From Octopus sinensis (taxonomy: Eukaryota), in contig NC_043003.1 of the NCBI RefSeq assembly GCF_006345805.1, forward strand, positions 83,142,001-83,206,000: a stretch of DNA of 64,000 bases, read 5' to 3'. The notes under the pieces were generated by a model. It was not told the origin of the DNA. It worked only from the letters and a program-made list of their open reading frames with translations, and made no database searches. Both the position numbers and the translations under genes were made by a program. Below are positions 1 to 10,125 of the stretch, in pieces. The stretch's first letter is position 1. Each line of letters opens with the position of its first letter.

Positions 1-550
1 TAGTGGATCGGCTTAGATAGCTTGAAATATTTATTGCAGACCTCCAAATTGAAAAAGTACCAGTGAAGTTCTGAAGTCGATTTATCGCCTTTGCTACAAT
101 CTTTCCTCTTGCTTTGGGCTTACTTCAGAAATTTCTATTTTTATCATTACTGGAATTAGTAGCAGTAAGAGCGAGTGTTTTCACAGATTGGTATCTGCAT
201 TATATAACATTCTGTGCTCAAATACAGCCGACTTTCATTTGCAACAAAGCAGAGTCTGATAAAAAGCCCCGCGAAAGGCCAGGTGATGGCGTTAAACCTG
301 AAAACGGATAAAACTCACATCCGAAGAACAGAAACGGGATTTATGGGGAACGCGTAATTTTCGGCTAAAGCTAGAAATCATTATTTTAGTGTTTAAACTA
401 AACTATAAGGCCTCCCATATTTTGTTACTGTTATCAGTTATTGCTCTGTGGCTATGCTAAGGCATTGCCATCCAAAGTTTTTACTGAATACATAGATGGA
501 TCCAGGTATTTAGATTTTTATATATTTCATTGATCTGCAGTATTTCTCCA

Positions 551-910
551 AGCATGCCTGTGTGGTAAGAAGCTTGCTTCCGAACTACATGTTTCGGGTT
601 TTCAGTCCCACTGCTTGGCACCGTAAACAAGTGTCTTCAACTATAGCCTCGGACCAACCACAGCCTTATCAGTGGATTTCGAAGACGGAAACTGATCAGT
701 GGATTTCGAAGACGTACTTGTGCTTGTTCTCTCCGCCATGACAGCTTGACAACCGGTACTGGAGTGTTTACACATCCGTAACTTCGGAAGTCGACAAAAG
801 AAACCGACAGAATAAAGCCCAAGCTTTTAAAATTAAGCGCTGGAATCGATACATTCGACTAAAAATTCCTCAAGGTGATACCCATCATGGTTGCAGTTTA
901 ATGACTGACA
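551..910 (+). mobile_element. tRNA-derived SINE, family 1 (near full length)
   Basis: Head with A-box-like TGTGTGGTAAGAAG and B-box-like GGGTTTTCAGTCCC, core caagtgtcttc..ctatagcctcgg, and a tail matching the many tail copies elsewhere (atcgat..ttcgactaaa..catggttgcagtttaatgactga). Internal 20-bp direct repeat at 668-687/695-714. Confidence 0.8.
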
Positions 911-1007
911 CAAATAAAACATAAAATCTATCGAACGGCTTCGTATAATTTTGATATAGCTATACATACATATTCATCTATGTATATATGTACATGCATA
1001 CAATGTA

Positions 1008-1527
1008 TTGGGTTGTCCGGAAAGTTCATGCCGATTTATAGTAGCTTACATTTCAACTTATTTTAGAACATGGTTGAGTCCATAAAATATGATTTGACTA
1101 CACCTCCATTTAGAGCACAGTTTAAGCTATCTTTTCGTGGAAGAAGGTTTATGTTCCTATAAGCTGTGTTAATTCTGTAACCCTTTAAAATGGAAAATAA
1201 GAAAGTTCATTTTCGGCACTTGATGTTTCGGCTGGTATGTGTTACCCCACCCTCCACATTCACCAGATATTACTCCTTCGGATTTCCACTTATTCAGGTC
1301 TCTGCAGAATAGTCTTAATGGTAATTACTGGGATGACATAAAAGATGAATTCTTTGCCATGAAACCACCTCAGTTCTGGGAAGAGGGTATTTTCAAGTTA
1401 AAGGAAAGATGGAGACGCACTGTGCAACAAAATGGTTCATATTTGATTGATAAAAAATGTAATGGCAAGTATTTATTGACCTTTTTCTTTCCTTTAAAAG
1501 TCGGCACGAACTCTCCGGACAAACCAA
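1008..1527 (+). mobile_element. Internally deleted mariner element (non-autonomous)
   Basis: About 30-bp TIRs (ttgggttgtccggaaagttcatgccga / tcggcacgaactctccggacaaaccaa) flanked by TA at 1006-1007 and 1528-1529. Transposase N-terminus MENKKVHFRHLM (ATG 1190) is joined to the C-terminal GWYVLPHPPHSPDITPSDFHLFRSLQN..EGIFKLKERW..NGSYLID. Confidence 0.93.
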
Positions 1528-1842
1528 TATTTATATAGATATATGTTAAATATATGTAACTATACATGTAAGTATATATGTTCAACATAAGGTGGAGAAA
1601 ATATTATTCGAATACCAAAGTTTTAATTCAATATAATTTTATCCAGGCTTAAAATACTTCACAAATTGTTACAAAATATTTTACGCAACTGTGCATCACA
1701 AAGTTTAGAAAATTCTGAAAATATAATATTTTATAAATAAATTATTATATTATTTTGAATTCTCACAATTGTCTAATGGAACAGCTACGTGAGACTCAGC
1801 ATAACAGCTTGTGACTTTTCTAGCCTCAATGAAAAATGTGTG

Positions 1843-1854
1843 CATGTGTGTTCG

Positions 1855-1885
<31 letters not shown>

Positions 1886-1992
1886 TGTGTGTGTGTGTAT
1901 GTGCATGTGTGTATTTTTGTCTGTGTGTCTGTGGGTCTTTGTGTGTGAGAGACAGCTTGTGTATGTATATGTATGTATATGTATATATATAT

Positions 1993-2051
<59 letters not shown>

Positions 2052-2162
2052 TTGAGTTAGAGAGAAAAAGAGAATGATACATGCAGACATACACACACAT
2101 ACATACACACGCACGCATACATTTCAAGAGATATAGATAGATAGAAGCATATATATATATAT
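1843..2162. repeat. Compound microsatellite (GT)n-(TA)n-(GATA)n-(CA)n
   Basis: Direct inspection. It generates the spurious ORFs 1750-2127, 1785-2114 and 1789-2004. Confidence 0.95.
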
Positions 2163-2177
2163 ATATTCATTCATTCT

Positions 2178-2375
2178 TTTATTCTTTTACTTTTTTAGTC
2201 ATTTCGCTGAGACCATACTGGAGCATTTAAAGAAAAAAAGAAGTCCTGGAGCACCGTCTTGGAGGGTTGTAGTCGAACAAATCGACCCCAGGACTTCTTT
2301 TTTTCTTTAAATGAATACTTATTCTATCCTTTGCTTTTGCCGCCCCCCTAACTTACGCTGATGTAAACACAAGAC
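2178..2375 (-). mobile_element. SINE family 1, 3' half
   Basis: Reverse complement of the family tail: tagtcattt..ccatactggagca..gagcaccgtc..tagtcgaacaaatcgaccccaggactt..gtaaacac. Confidence 0.75.
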
Positions 2376-2382
2376 TACATAC

Positions 2383-2417
<35 letters not shown>

Positions 2418-2554
2418 CTAAATTCGTTTCTGGTAACGTTAAGGGCATGCAAATAAAACTCCTCTTTCATTATGCCAGCTACCGTCTAATGATACTGACT
2501 AGTGAGTCAGTTTTTCTAGGCTGCATCATGGTTATAATGATATAATGTATGATT

Positions 2555-3600
2555 AATATAATAACAATAATTCTATGATGGAATCTATAAATATTTAATA
2601 CGTCGCTACGCGCGTTTCCACAGCTTTAACATCAGAGTCCGTATCTTTGGCATAAGTACAGTATAGTCCAAATTATCCGTGAGCATCCGGTTGATCATTA
2701 TCATTAATTCACTTCATTAGGCAATACTGCATTTGCGGATGAATCACAGAGGTATGTTCATCCCTACTTATTTCTTTATTGCTCACAAGGGGCTAAACAT
2801 AGAAGGGACAAACAAGGACAGGCAAAGGTATTGAGTCGATTGCATCGACCCCAGTGCGTAACTGGTACTTAATTTATCGACTCCGAAAGGATGAAAGGCA
2901 AAGTCGACCTCGGCAGAATTTGAACTCAGAACGTAACGGCAGACGAAATACCGCTAAGCATTTCGCTCGGTGTGCTAACGATTCTGCCAACTTGCCGCCT
3001 TCTTGTTTTATCCCTTCTTGTCAACATGAATGCCAATGTCCCTATGTGGGTATTTCTGTCTTTACTTGGCAGGAGGAGGTAGGTGATGGGAGTAGATGAA
3101 GAAATTGTAGTAATATGGGTATGGAGGTGTGTGTGGTGGTCTTGGATTTATTTGCTATTCATTCAGCAGATTTAGGGATGGTAGTATATTTCTTTGTTCT
3201 ATTTTATTTAAGATGTGACACTCCTCAAAAAATTCTGAACCCAACAGGTGGGTAGCTGCTATACAATAGGGGTTGTAGACTGAACAGATAACTACTACCC
3301 TCTTATTGTGATTTTTTTCGTGTTTCTGTTGTTATAGCGTGTGCATCATCTTAAACATCGGTATGTTCTTTTACTTATTTGGGTCCATTCATTGTTCTAT
3401 AATTTTTTATTCGTTTTAAGATATTGCTCTCAAATTCTATGGATGATATTTTGTTCCTATGCTTAGGATAATACGGACTATACTATACTCATCCCAAGGA
3501 TACGGACTCTGATGTTAAAGTCATGTGATTTGTGGAAAATCGTGTAACGATGTATCAAATATTTATCAATTCCATTCTGAAATTATTGCTATTATATATA
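2555..3600. repeat. Inverted repeat pair (about 2555-2686 and 3458-3600)
   Basis: Core 2624-2678 versus the reverse complement of 3466-3520 matches 49/55. Similarity extends outward (atggaat..ataaatattt.ata..tcg.tac, tataata.caataatt) to about 130-140 bp. Confidence 0.85.
2762..2999 (-). mobile_element. tRNA-derived SINE, family 2 (full length)
   Basis: Reverse complement is highly similar to 62451-62680. A-box TGGCAGAATCGTTAGC, B-box GAGTTCAAATTC, central gcctttcatcctttcgg.gtcgataaa. Confidence 0.9.
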
Positions 3601-5350
3601 TATATCCTACCCATACTTCGTACCACATCCTACTGCCTTATGCGTGCCACCATTCGCTCCAATCTCTCTAAAATATGTACCATCGACCACCATCTCCTTC
3701 CTGCTTTTTCCATCTTTTTCTCCTTTCTGCCGCCCTTCCATGCTCACAACACGTTGCGTTATATAATTCATTTAAATCATCTCTTTCATCAATTTCTTGC
3801 GAACACCAAACTTCGCAAACTCCACTTACTCCTCCATTCCATCACACCCGATGCCACTACCCCAACACCTCCACTACTCGTCTCCCTCCCTGGTACACTC
3901 CACCCACCCACACCCAACACCCCTGTCCCTCCAAACCCCCCTCACGCATCCCCACCCCTCCTACCCGGCCTTCCACCAGCCCTACCACCCTCCTACCTCT
4001 TCCCTCTCCACCCCTCCCTCTTCTATTCACTCCACCCCTTCTCCACTTCAGTCTGTTGTCACCATTCTCCCAGATCTTCGCCTCTCTGAGGCGGAGCGCT
4101 CCATCCTCAGTAGGGGTCTGCGTTTCATCCCCCTCACTTCATCCTGTAATGAATTTCAGACTCGTGCTGATATCCACAGCTTTGTGCGCTGTGTTAGGCT
4201 GTGTGCGCTTTTCCGCAACACTCCACCCGCATCAAACGAGGAGGACTGCTTCACTGACCTGGGCCGCCGACCATCCCTTTAGACGCCTGATCTTTTTGCG
4301 GGCGCCTGCCAGCGCGCTGTGGGTCGGTTCAACTTCTCCAGGCGTCCCTGTCGTCTCAACATTTCCCCAGCCGAACTCTCGGCTGTTCGTTCCCTCCGAC
4401 GGCGCACTGACATCGTTATAAAACCGGCCGACAAGGGTGGAGCAGTGGTGGTATGGCGCGCGGACCTCTATAAGGCCGAAGCTCTCCGCCAACTTCATGA
4501 CACCTCATTCTATTGCCCTCTGTCCTCTGACCCCACGCCCAGCTACCAACAGACGGTCTCTTCTACCATCCATGACCTCATCTCGTCCTCCTGTCTACGC
4601 CACACAGCTTCCGACCTCATTGTCCGAACCCCTCGCAGCCCCGCCATTTACTTCCTCCCCAAAATCCACAAATCCAACATCCACAAATCTACCCCATCGT
4701 CTCCGCCTGTAACTGCCCCACCGAGCTTATCTCCAAATATCTCGACCGTGTCCTTGCCCACCTAGTGGCTTCTCTCCCTTCTCACATCCATGACACCAAC
4801 CATGCTCTTCGTCTATTCAACTCTTTCTTCTTCCCTCCTGGCCCCTCTAAACTTCTCTTTACTCTGAACATACAGAGCTTCTACACTGTGATCCCTCACC
4901 ACAAGGGACAGTGTGCACTGAAACATTTCCTGGACCTCCGACCCAATCCCCAACCCGACACCTCAACAATTCCCATCCCCACATTTTCACACCTACACAT
5001 ACATACACGCACACGTCCAGACCACTAGCTCTCTTTCACACGCACATACATATTCTCTTATACACACACGCACCTTCATGTTGGGGGTCATCTTTACTTT
5101 GTTATCTCCTCTACCTCTTCACTCTCCTGTGTGACCCTTCTGTCTGGCAGTCGCCATAATAGATCGGTAGCCACTACACACACTTTTCTCTCCTTGTTTC
5201 TCTCCTTGTTTTTTTTCTGTGTCCTTTTCTGTAGAAGAGCGTAGGTTCGAAACGTAAAAGACTTTTTCCATTCCTGAGCGTTACACTGATACATCTGTTT
5301 GTTTTGTACACCACCTGTCTTCGTCTTTTCTTTTTTTCGTGAACTCTTCC
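3600..5350 (+). mobile_element. Penelope-like retroelement: decayed N-terminus and RT 5' part joined to the 3' UTR/pLTR
   Basis: Motifs LANTKLRKLHLL, LSEAERSILSRGLRFIP, IVIKPADKGGAVVVW, YFLPKIHK, PIVSACNCPTELISKYLD, FTLNIQSFYTVIP (motif A Asp replaced by Asn). TAG stop at 4280-4282; frameshifts near 4050 and 4690. Coding ends at about 4970 (DTSTI) and continues into a pLTR-like tail (about 5150-5350) ending at (TA). Confidence 0.92.
5225..5260 (+). ncRNA. Hammerhead-like motif (A6U core variant) in PLE tail
   Basis: UUUU-CUGUAGA-A-GAGC(GUAG)GUUC-GAAA-CGU-A-AAAG: stem I UUU/AAA, 4-bp stem II, palindromic ACGU stem III. Confidence 0.5.
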
Positions 5351-7384
5351 CCTATGTATATATGTGTACATATGTAGACAATAAAGTACACCCTTTCCCA
5401 ATAAATATAAAGCTTTCTTACAATGCAAGAAAGCACTATTATTGTTTTTTTGTTGTTTATTTTTTAGTTATTGCTATTATTGCCTGTTAGGTTTATCAAT
5501 AAGTTTTAAAGTGTGTAATATATTATTTTGTGGTTTAAAAAATTCTATTCGTTTGTTAGTTTTTGGTATTTGGAATATATAATTTCTTTTAAGTTTCATT
5601 TTATGTTTCTTAACCATAAAAGACATTTCTTTTATGTTTAAGGAATTTCAATTAAGCTGGAGATGGAATAATTTCATTATATTCGTCCCTCATTCATTAC
5701 ATTTTTTTTCTTGTAACTCTCGACCTACCTTATTCCCCATAGACGAAAGAGTGACAGAAAAACGCAGGAAGATGGTGGGGAAAAAATACTTAAATTATAA
5801 ATTAACATACTAGATAAGAAAATATATAATAGAGAAATAGGATTGTTAAATATATAGCTTCATAGCCAGATACATAGATAATGAGATAAAAGAGAGACAG
5901 ACACAGAGAGAAAACAGAGATAGAGAGATGAATAAATAGATAACGGAGATGATTTTTAACGACGGTTTCAGTAAATAAAAGAATGAATTTATAACAGGAA
6001 TGGCTATTCTCTGAAAACAACTAATTATGAAAGAAACCCAGTTGTTCTATAAATAAAGTGTGGCTCAGTAGTTGGAACAGCAGCAGTAGAAAATCACATC
6101 AGTTTTTGCATCGTCTATTTTGTACTGATATCGCACATGGAATCCAGTTAGCAAATGCTTGAAGAATGTAGCAAAAAACTCACCTATCATCTGATTCAGT
6201 TCACTGAGTTCAGTTTCCTTCTTTTAGCTGCAACTAAATTGTACTTTTTCAAAAGCGAGTAACTTTCTCTCAAAACGATAATGAGTAAAATTTATCCTTT
6301 AATTTTATTTACTATATTTACTTTGATCTTATTTTTGGTTTTTTATTGGCTGAGAAATATACGTTTGCGGTTGCAGATTTATCTTTCTTTTCAAATAAAA
6401 AAATGTATTTGTCTTGATTTTACTTTCTACTTTACCGCCACCACAGAGCACTGATTTATTTCATTACCCACTCTTTATACCTCATCTTTCTCTCGGTCTC
6501 CCTCTCTCTCTTTCCCTCTCTTTTCCTCTCTCTCTCTCTCTCTCTCTTTCTCCCCCCTCTCTCTCTTTCCCCCTCTCTCTCTTTCCCTCTCTTTTCCTCT
6601 TTCTCTATGGCCTCTCAATTTTCTCATAGTCATTTATCTTTATTTCTCCCTCTTGCCTTTTTTCTCTTCTTTCTGTTCAGAGAACCCAAGTATGTTTTAT
6701 CGTCAGTTAAATATCAGTAGAGAGAAACGTCGATAGCAATCTGACTTTTAATACTATTTTATGCCTACGCCAATAAACACAACAGAAATTGGCTGCAACA
6801 AAAGAATAAGACCATGCAGAAAATAAAGGTAAATGAGTAGAAAACTAAAAAAAAAAGAGGCCCTTTACAGGAAATGTAGACCTACAAGGAAGTTGTCTCT
6901 CCCACATTATACCTCTCTCTTTTTCCCTCTCACTCTCATTAGCTGATGGACATATTTAAAAGCCATCTATTAGATTAAAAGCTGTTTCGTGACGAGTATT
7001 CCTATTAGATTCCTTTCAAGAAATCGATATTTATCTGATTAAGCAGCGCGAAGAAACGAATCAATCACTCCTTGTCAAATCAGACGTCACTACATCATGA
7101 GAGTGTGGTTAGAATCTAAAGGTAACATTTTAAAAACACACAGAAATATACAAATCTTTTCGCATGACACAAGCGGAATGGGAAACAAGTGCGCAGGAGA
7201 TGATTTGCCTGAACACCGTCCTATTAAAACCAACTATATCACTTCACGTACGATTGAATTGTCTACGTTTCTTTTAGGAAAATAATCTTAGTATAAGTAC
7301 TGCCCGAGATAAGAATATATTTATTGGAAAATAATGATTATATTAAACAAAAGCATGAAAATATTTTTGACTGTTCAGAAACAC

Positions 7385-7427
7385 ACACATACATATACAG
7401 GTATATATATATATATATATACATATC

Positions 7428-7480
<53 letters not shown>

Positions 7481-7990
7481 ATTAATATATATAATATATA
7501 CATATCGATATATATACATATATATATATGTATAAAAATATTATTATATATATATATACTTATATATACGTATATATTATATATATATATACTTATATAT
7601 ACGTATATATATTATATGTATATATACTTATATATACGTAATATATTATATATATATATACTTATATATATATATTATATTATATATATTATATACTTAT
7701 ATATATATATTATATTATATATATATATACTTAATATACGTATATATATTATATATATATGTATATATATTATATATATCATATATATATATTATATTAT
7801 ATATATATATATATATACTTATATATACGTATATATATTATATATATTATATAATATGTATATAATATATATATATATATATACGTATATATATAATATA
7901 TATAATATATATATATATGTATGTGTGGTGTGTATAAATATATATATATATATTATATATAGATATATATATATATATATATATATAAAA
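7385..7990. repeat. Long degenerate (TA)n microsatellite
   Basis: About 600 bp of TA/TATAT variants; source of spurious ORF 7334-8050. Confidence 0.95.
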
Positions 7991-8782
7991 CTTGGTTTTT
8001 CCTACTTAGATCCCATTTCTTGTAAATCTGGCTGTAGATACATCACTTAGATAATATGTAACACTATTACGAGCAAGATCACCAGATAAAGCGATAATAC
8101 TGTGCCCCTTTCCAAAGAGTTCGCAAGCCTATGTGATTTACAATAACGCTTGTTTTTTCACAGAAACACAATCCACCGCATGAATCAAGACTTGTGACTA
8201 CCTACTAAGTTGTTTTTGTTTTGCTTTCATTTCAATCGATCACCTAGCCATCTCTAATTGCTACGAATAATACTTATTAGAGATCTAATCTAATGTTTGT
8301 ATGTCCTTTTGTTTGATTTTGACTTTATACGTGGTATTGGTTAGATCAAGAATGAAATATATACAATTAGAATAAAAACACTGCAATTAGAAAAAATATA
8401 TATATCAAAAATCATTGTTATCAGCTGTTATAATGACTCTGTCAATCCACTATAATTCGAATCTTCAAAGCCTCTCACACCATGTTTCCTTGTAACAACG
8501 AATAGTCTACTTTCATGTATTAGGAGTTTATTTTCAGTTAAAAATCAGTCGTTTTTACGTATATTTATATGTAAATGCACACACAGAAACGCACATACCT
8601 ACATATACACACCGGCATACATAATTATGTACACACACATACACATACACACACCTACGCATACACATATACACACACATACACACGTGATGCGCGCGCT
8701 TCATATGTACACATACGTACACAAATGTCCTTGAAACACGCCTGTGGTATATGTTTTCTGGAACGTGAAACAGGATTTTAGC

Positions 8783-9332
8783 ACTAACCTCATCCAAGTG
8801 ATTCAAGAACTGTGCGAAAACTAATGCAGTTCAATTCTATTGAATAACATCTGGAAGTTTGTCAGAACAGTGGCTGGGGGTCATCATATCTGATTCCATT
8901 CTCCAGCACTTTTCAACAGCTTCCTGAAAAATATCATCCCGGTGACACTATGTGATTGACCTACGTTTCCATCAGAGGTTAGTCACTTAGCAGCCTGCAT
9001 TTTATCGATGTAACAAAACACACAGAAATAGGTCTCCTTATTATCACCACCAGACTAGAAAGAACAGCAAGAGTGTACGGACGAAAGTTCGTTCAGGAAA
9101 CGAACAAGATTTTAATAACTTCAAAACAGCAAGAAACAGCTCCATCTTGAAGTGGATAAGTTAAGAGCCCCAGGTTCTCATTCAGTTCGGACCTCAGTTC
9201 AATAAAGGCGATGAAAGCAAACTTCATCGGTCATGAGAAAGCTGAAGGTCAGATGTTCAACTAAGCTCAAACTGCACAAATCACTTTACAAAAGCTGGCC
9301 ATTCAGAGCAGTCACCGAAAGTAGAACGAGAT
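8783..9332 (+). mobile_element. RTE-clade LINE reverse transcriptase remnant
   Basis: Broken frames give NLIQVIQELCEN*..SPALFNSFLKNII, SIRG*SLSSLHFIDV (compare LRFADD), TTRLERTARVYG and TKLKLHKSL..ESRT, the RTE RT/C-terminal motifs in the expected order. Confidence 0.8.
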
Positions 9333-9334
9333 CT

Positions 9335-9720
9335 CAGAACTGGGTTAAAAAACGAGTAGGCGGGAACTGTTTTCTGTGTGCAGAAAGCTGCTGGGACACT
9401 ACCCGATTGCAAGATGGCTCCGGACGGCATGCAGCTTCATCAAGAGGCGAGCTGAAGGACTGAGGTGGAGTGATATCCTGGGCGAGAAGACAACAGCCAT
9501 GACGGAAGAAGTCTTGGAGAGAGTGACTCTGGAGGACCCAGTAAGTGGGGACTGGTTTGTGCCCAAATTGAAGGAGATCGTGTTGTGTGTTACCAGCAGT
9601 ATGACGACGGGAGTTGTCCTGGAAATTAGAGGTGTCGTGGTGAGGGATGCGGGCTGGCTTAGGAAGAGGGACGACTGCAACCACATCAACGTGGCGGAGC
9701 TGGATGTCGTGTTGAAACGG
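9335..9720 (+). mobile_element. LTR retrotransposon (Gypsy-like) pol fragment: RT connection and RNase H start
   Basis: VCRKLLGHYPIARWLRTACSFIKRRAEG..LEDPVSGDWFVP..TSSMTTGVVLEIRGVVVRDAGWLRKRDDCNHINVAELDVVLK. HINVAEL and the degenerate DASS motif are typical of the RNase H of this group. The segment is markedly GC-rich versus its flanks. Confidence 0.75.
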
Positions 9721-9769
9721 CTCCACCCTGAGGTGGCGGCTCCCTTTTTCTTCCTTTACATCACAAATC

Positions 9770-9865
9770 TAAGTTTTGGGGCCGATTTGTTCGACTAAAA
9801 CTCTCCAAAGTAGTGTCCCAGCATGAATGCAGTTAAATGACTGAAGCAATTAAAATATGAAAGAT
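9770..9865 (+). mobile_element. SINE family 1 tail
   Basis: ggggccgatttgttcgactaaa..cccagcatgaatgcagttaaatgactgaagc. Confidence 0.7.
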
Positions 9866-9867
9866 AA

Positions 9868-9907
<40 letters not shown>

Positions 9908-9908
<1 letters not shown>

Positions 9909-10125
9909 CTAAATCCCCAAAAAATAACGAAGAACAAACACAAGAAAAATCAACATCGCGAGGACATGGTGCATGCAAAATATTAGCAGACGCTCTGGGA
10001 AAGAAAGAAAAGTAGTTTTTACGTTTCGAGCAAAGCTCTTCTTCAGAAATAGGACACAGGAAAGTTCAAGAGAAAAGGAAGACAGAGGAAACATCACTAA
10101 CGATCTACGTGTGGTTACACACATA
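9908..10125 (-). mobile_element. PLE pseudo-LTR terminus abutting (TA)n
   Basis: Related to the 5150-5350 tail (cc.gagcgt..ctaata..cacc..tgtc). Contains an HHR fold and ends at (TA)n 9871-9906. Confidence 0.7.
10016..10050 (-). ncRNA. Minimal type I hammerhead ribozyme motif
   Basis: AUUU-CUGAAGA-A-GAGC(UUU)GCUC-GAAA-CGU-A-AAAA: canonical CUGANGA and GAAA, palindromic ACGU, GUA cleavage triplet, short 3-bp stem I. Confidence 0.65.

Noticed and set aside
114-311. 65-aa ORF with a hydrophobic N-terminus in a mildly CpG-rich stretch
   Set aside because: Starts at TTG, has no recognisable domain or splice support, and the minus-strand frames contain stops. A promoter or UTR role cannot be supported.
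2590-2645. Minus-strand CUGAUG..GAAA-CGCGCG-UA resembling a hammerhead in the inverted-repeat arm
   Set aside because: The core reads CUGAUGU, there is no stem I pairing, and the other arm does not keep the motif.
7334-8050. Long Y/I-rich ORFs here and at many other (TA)n, (CA)n, (GATA)n and (CT)n tracts (for example 12156-12674, 18695-19252, 20472-20930, 30124-30627)
   Set aside because: Translation artefacts of microsatellites.
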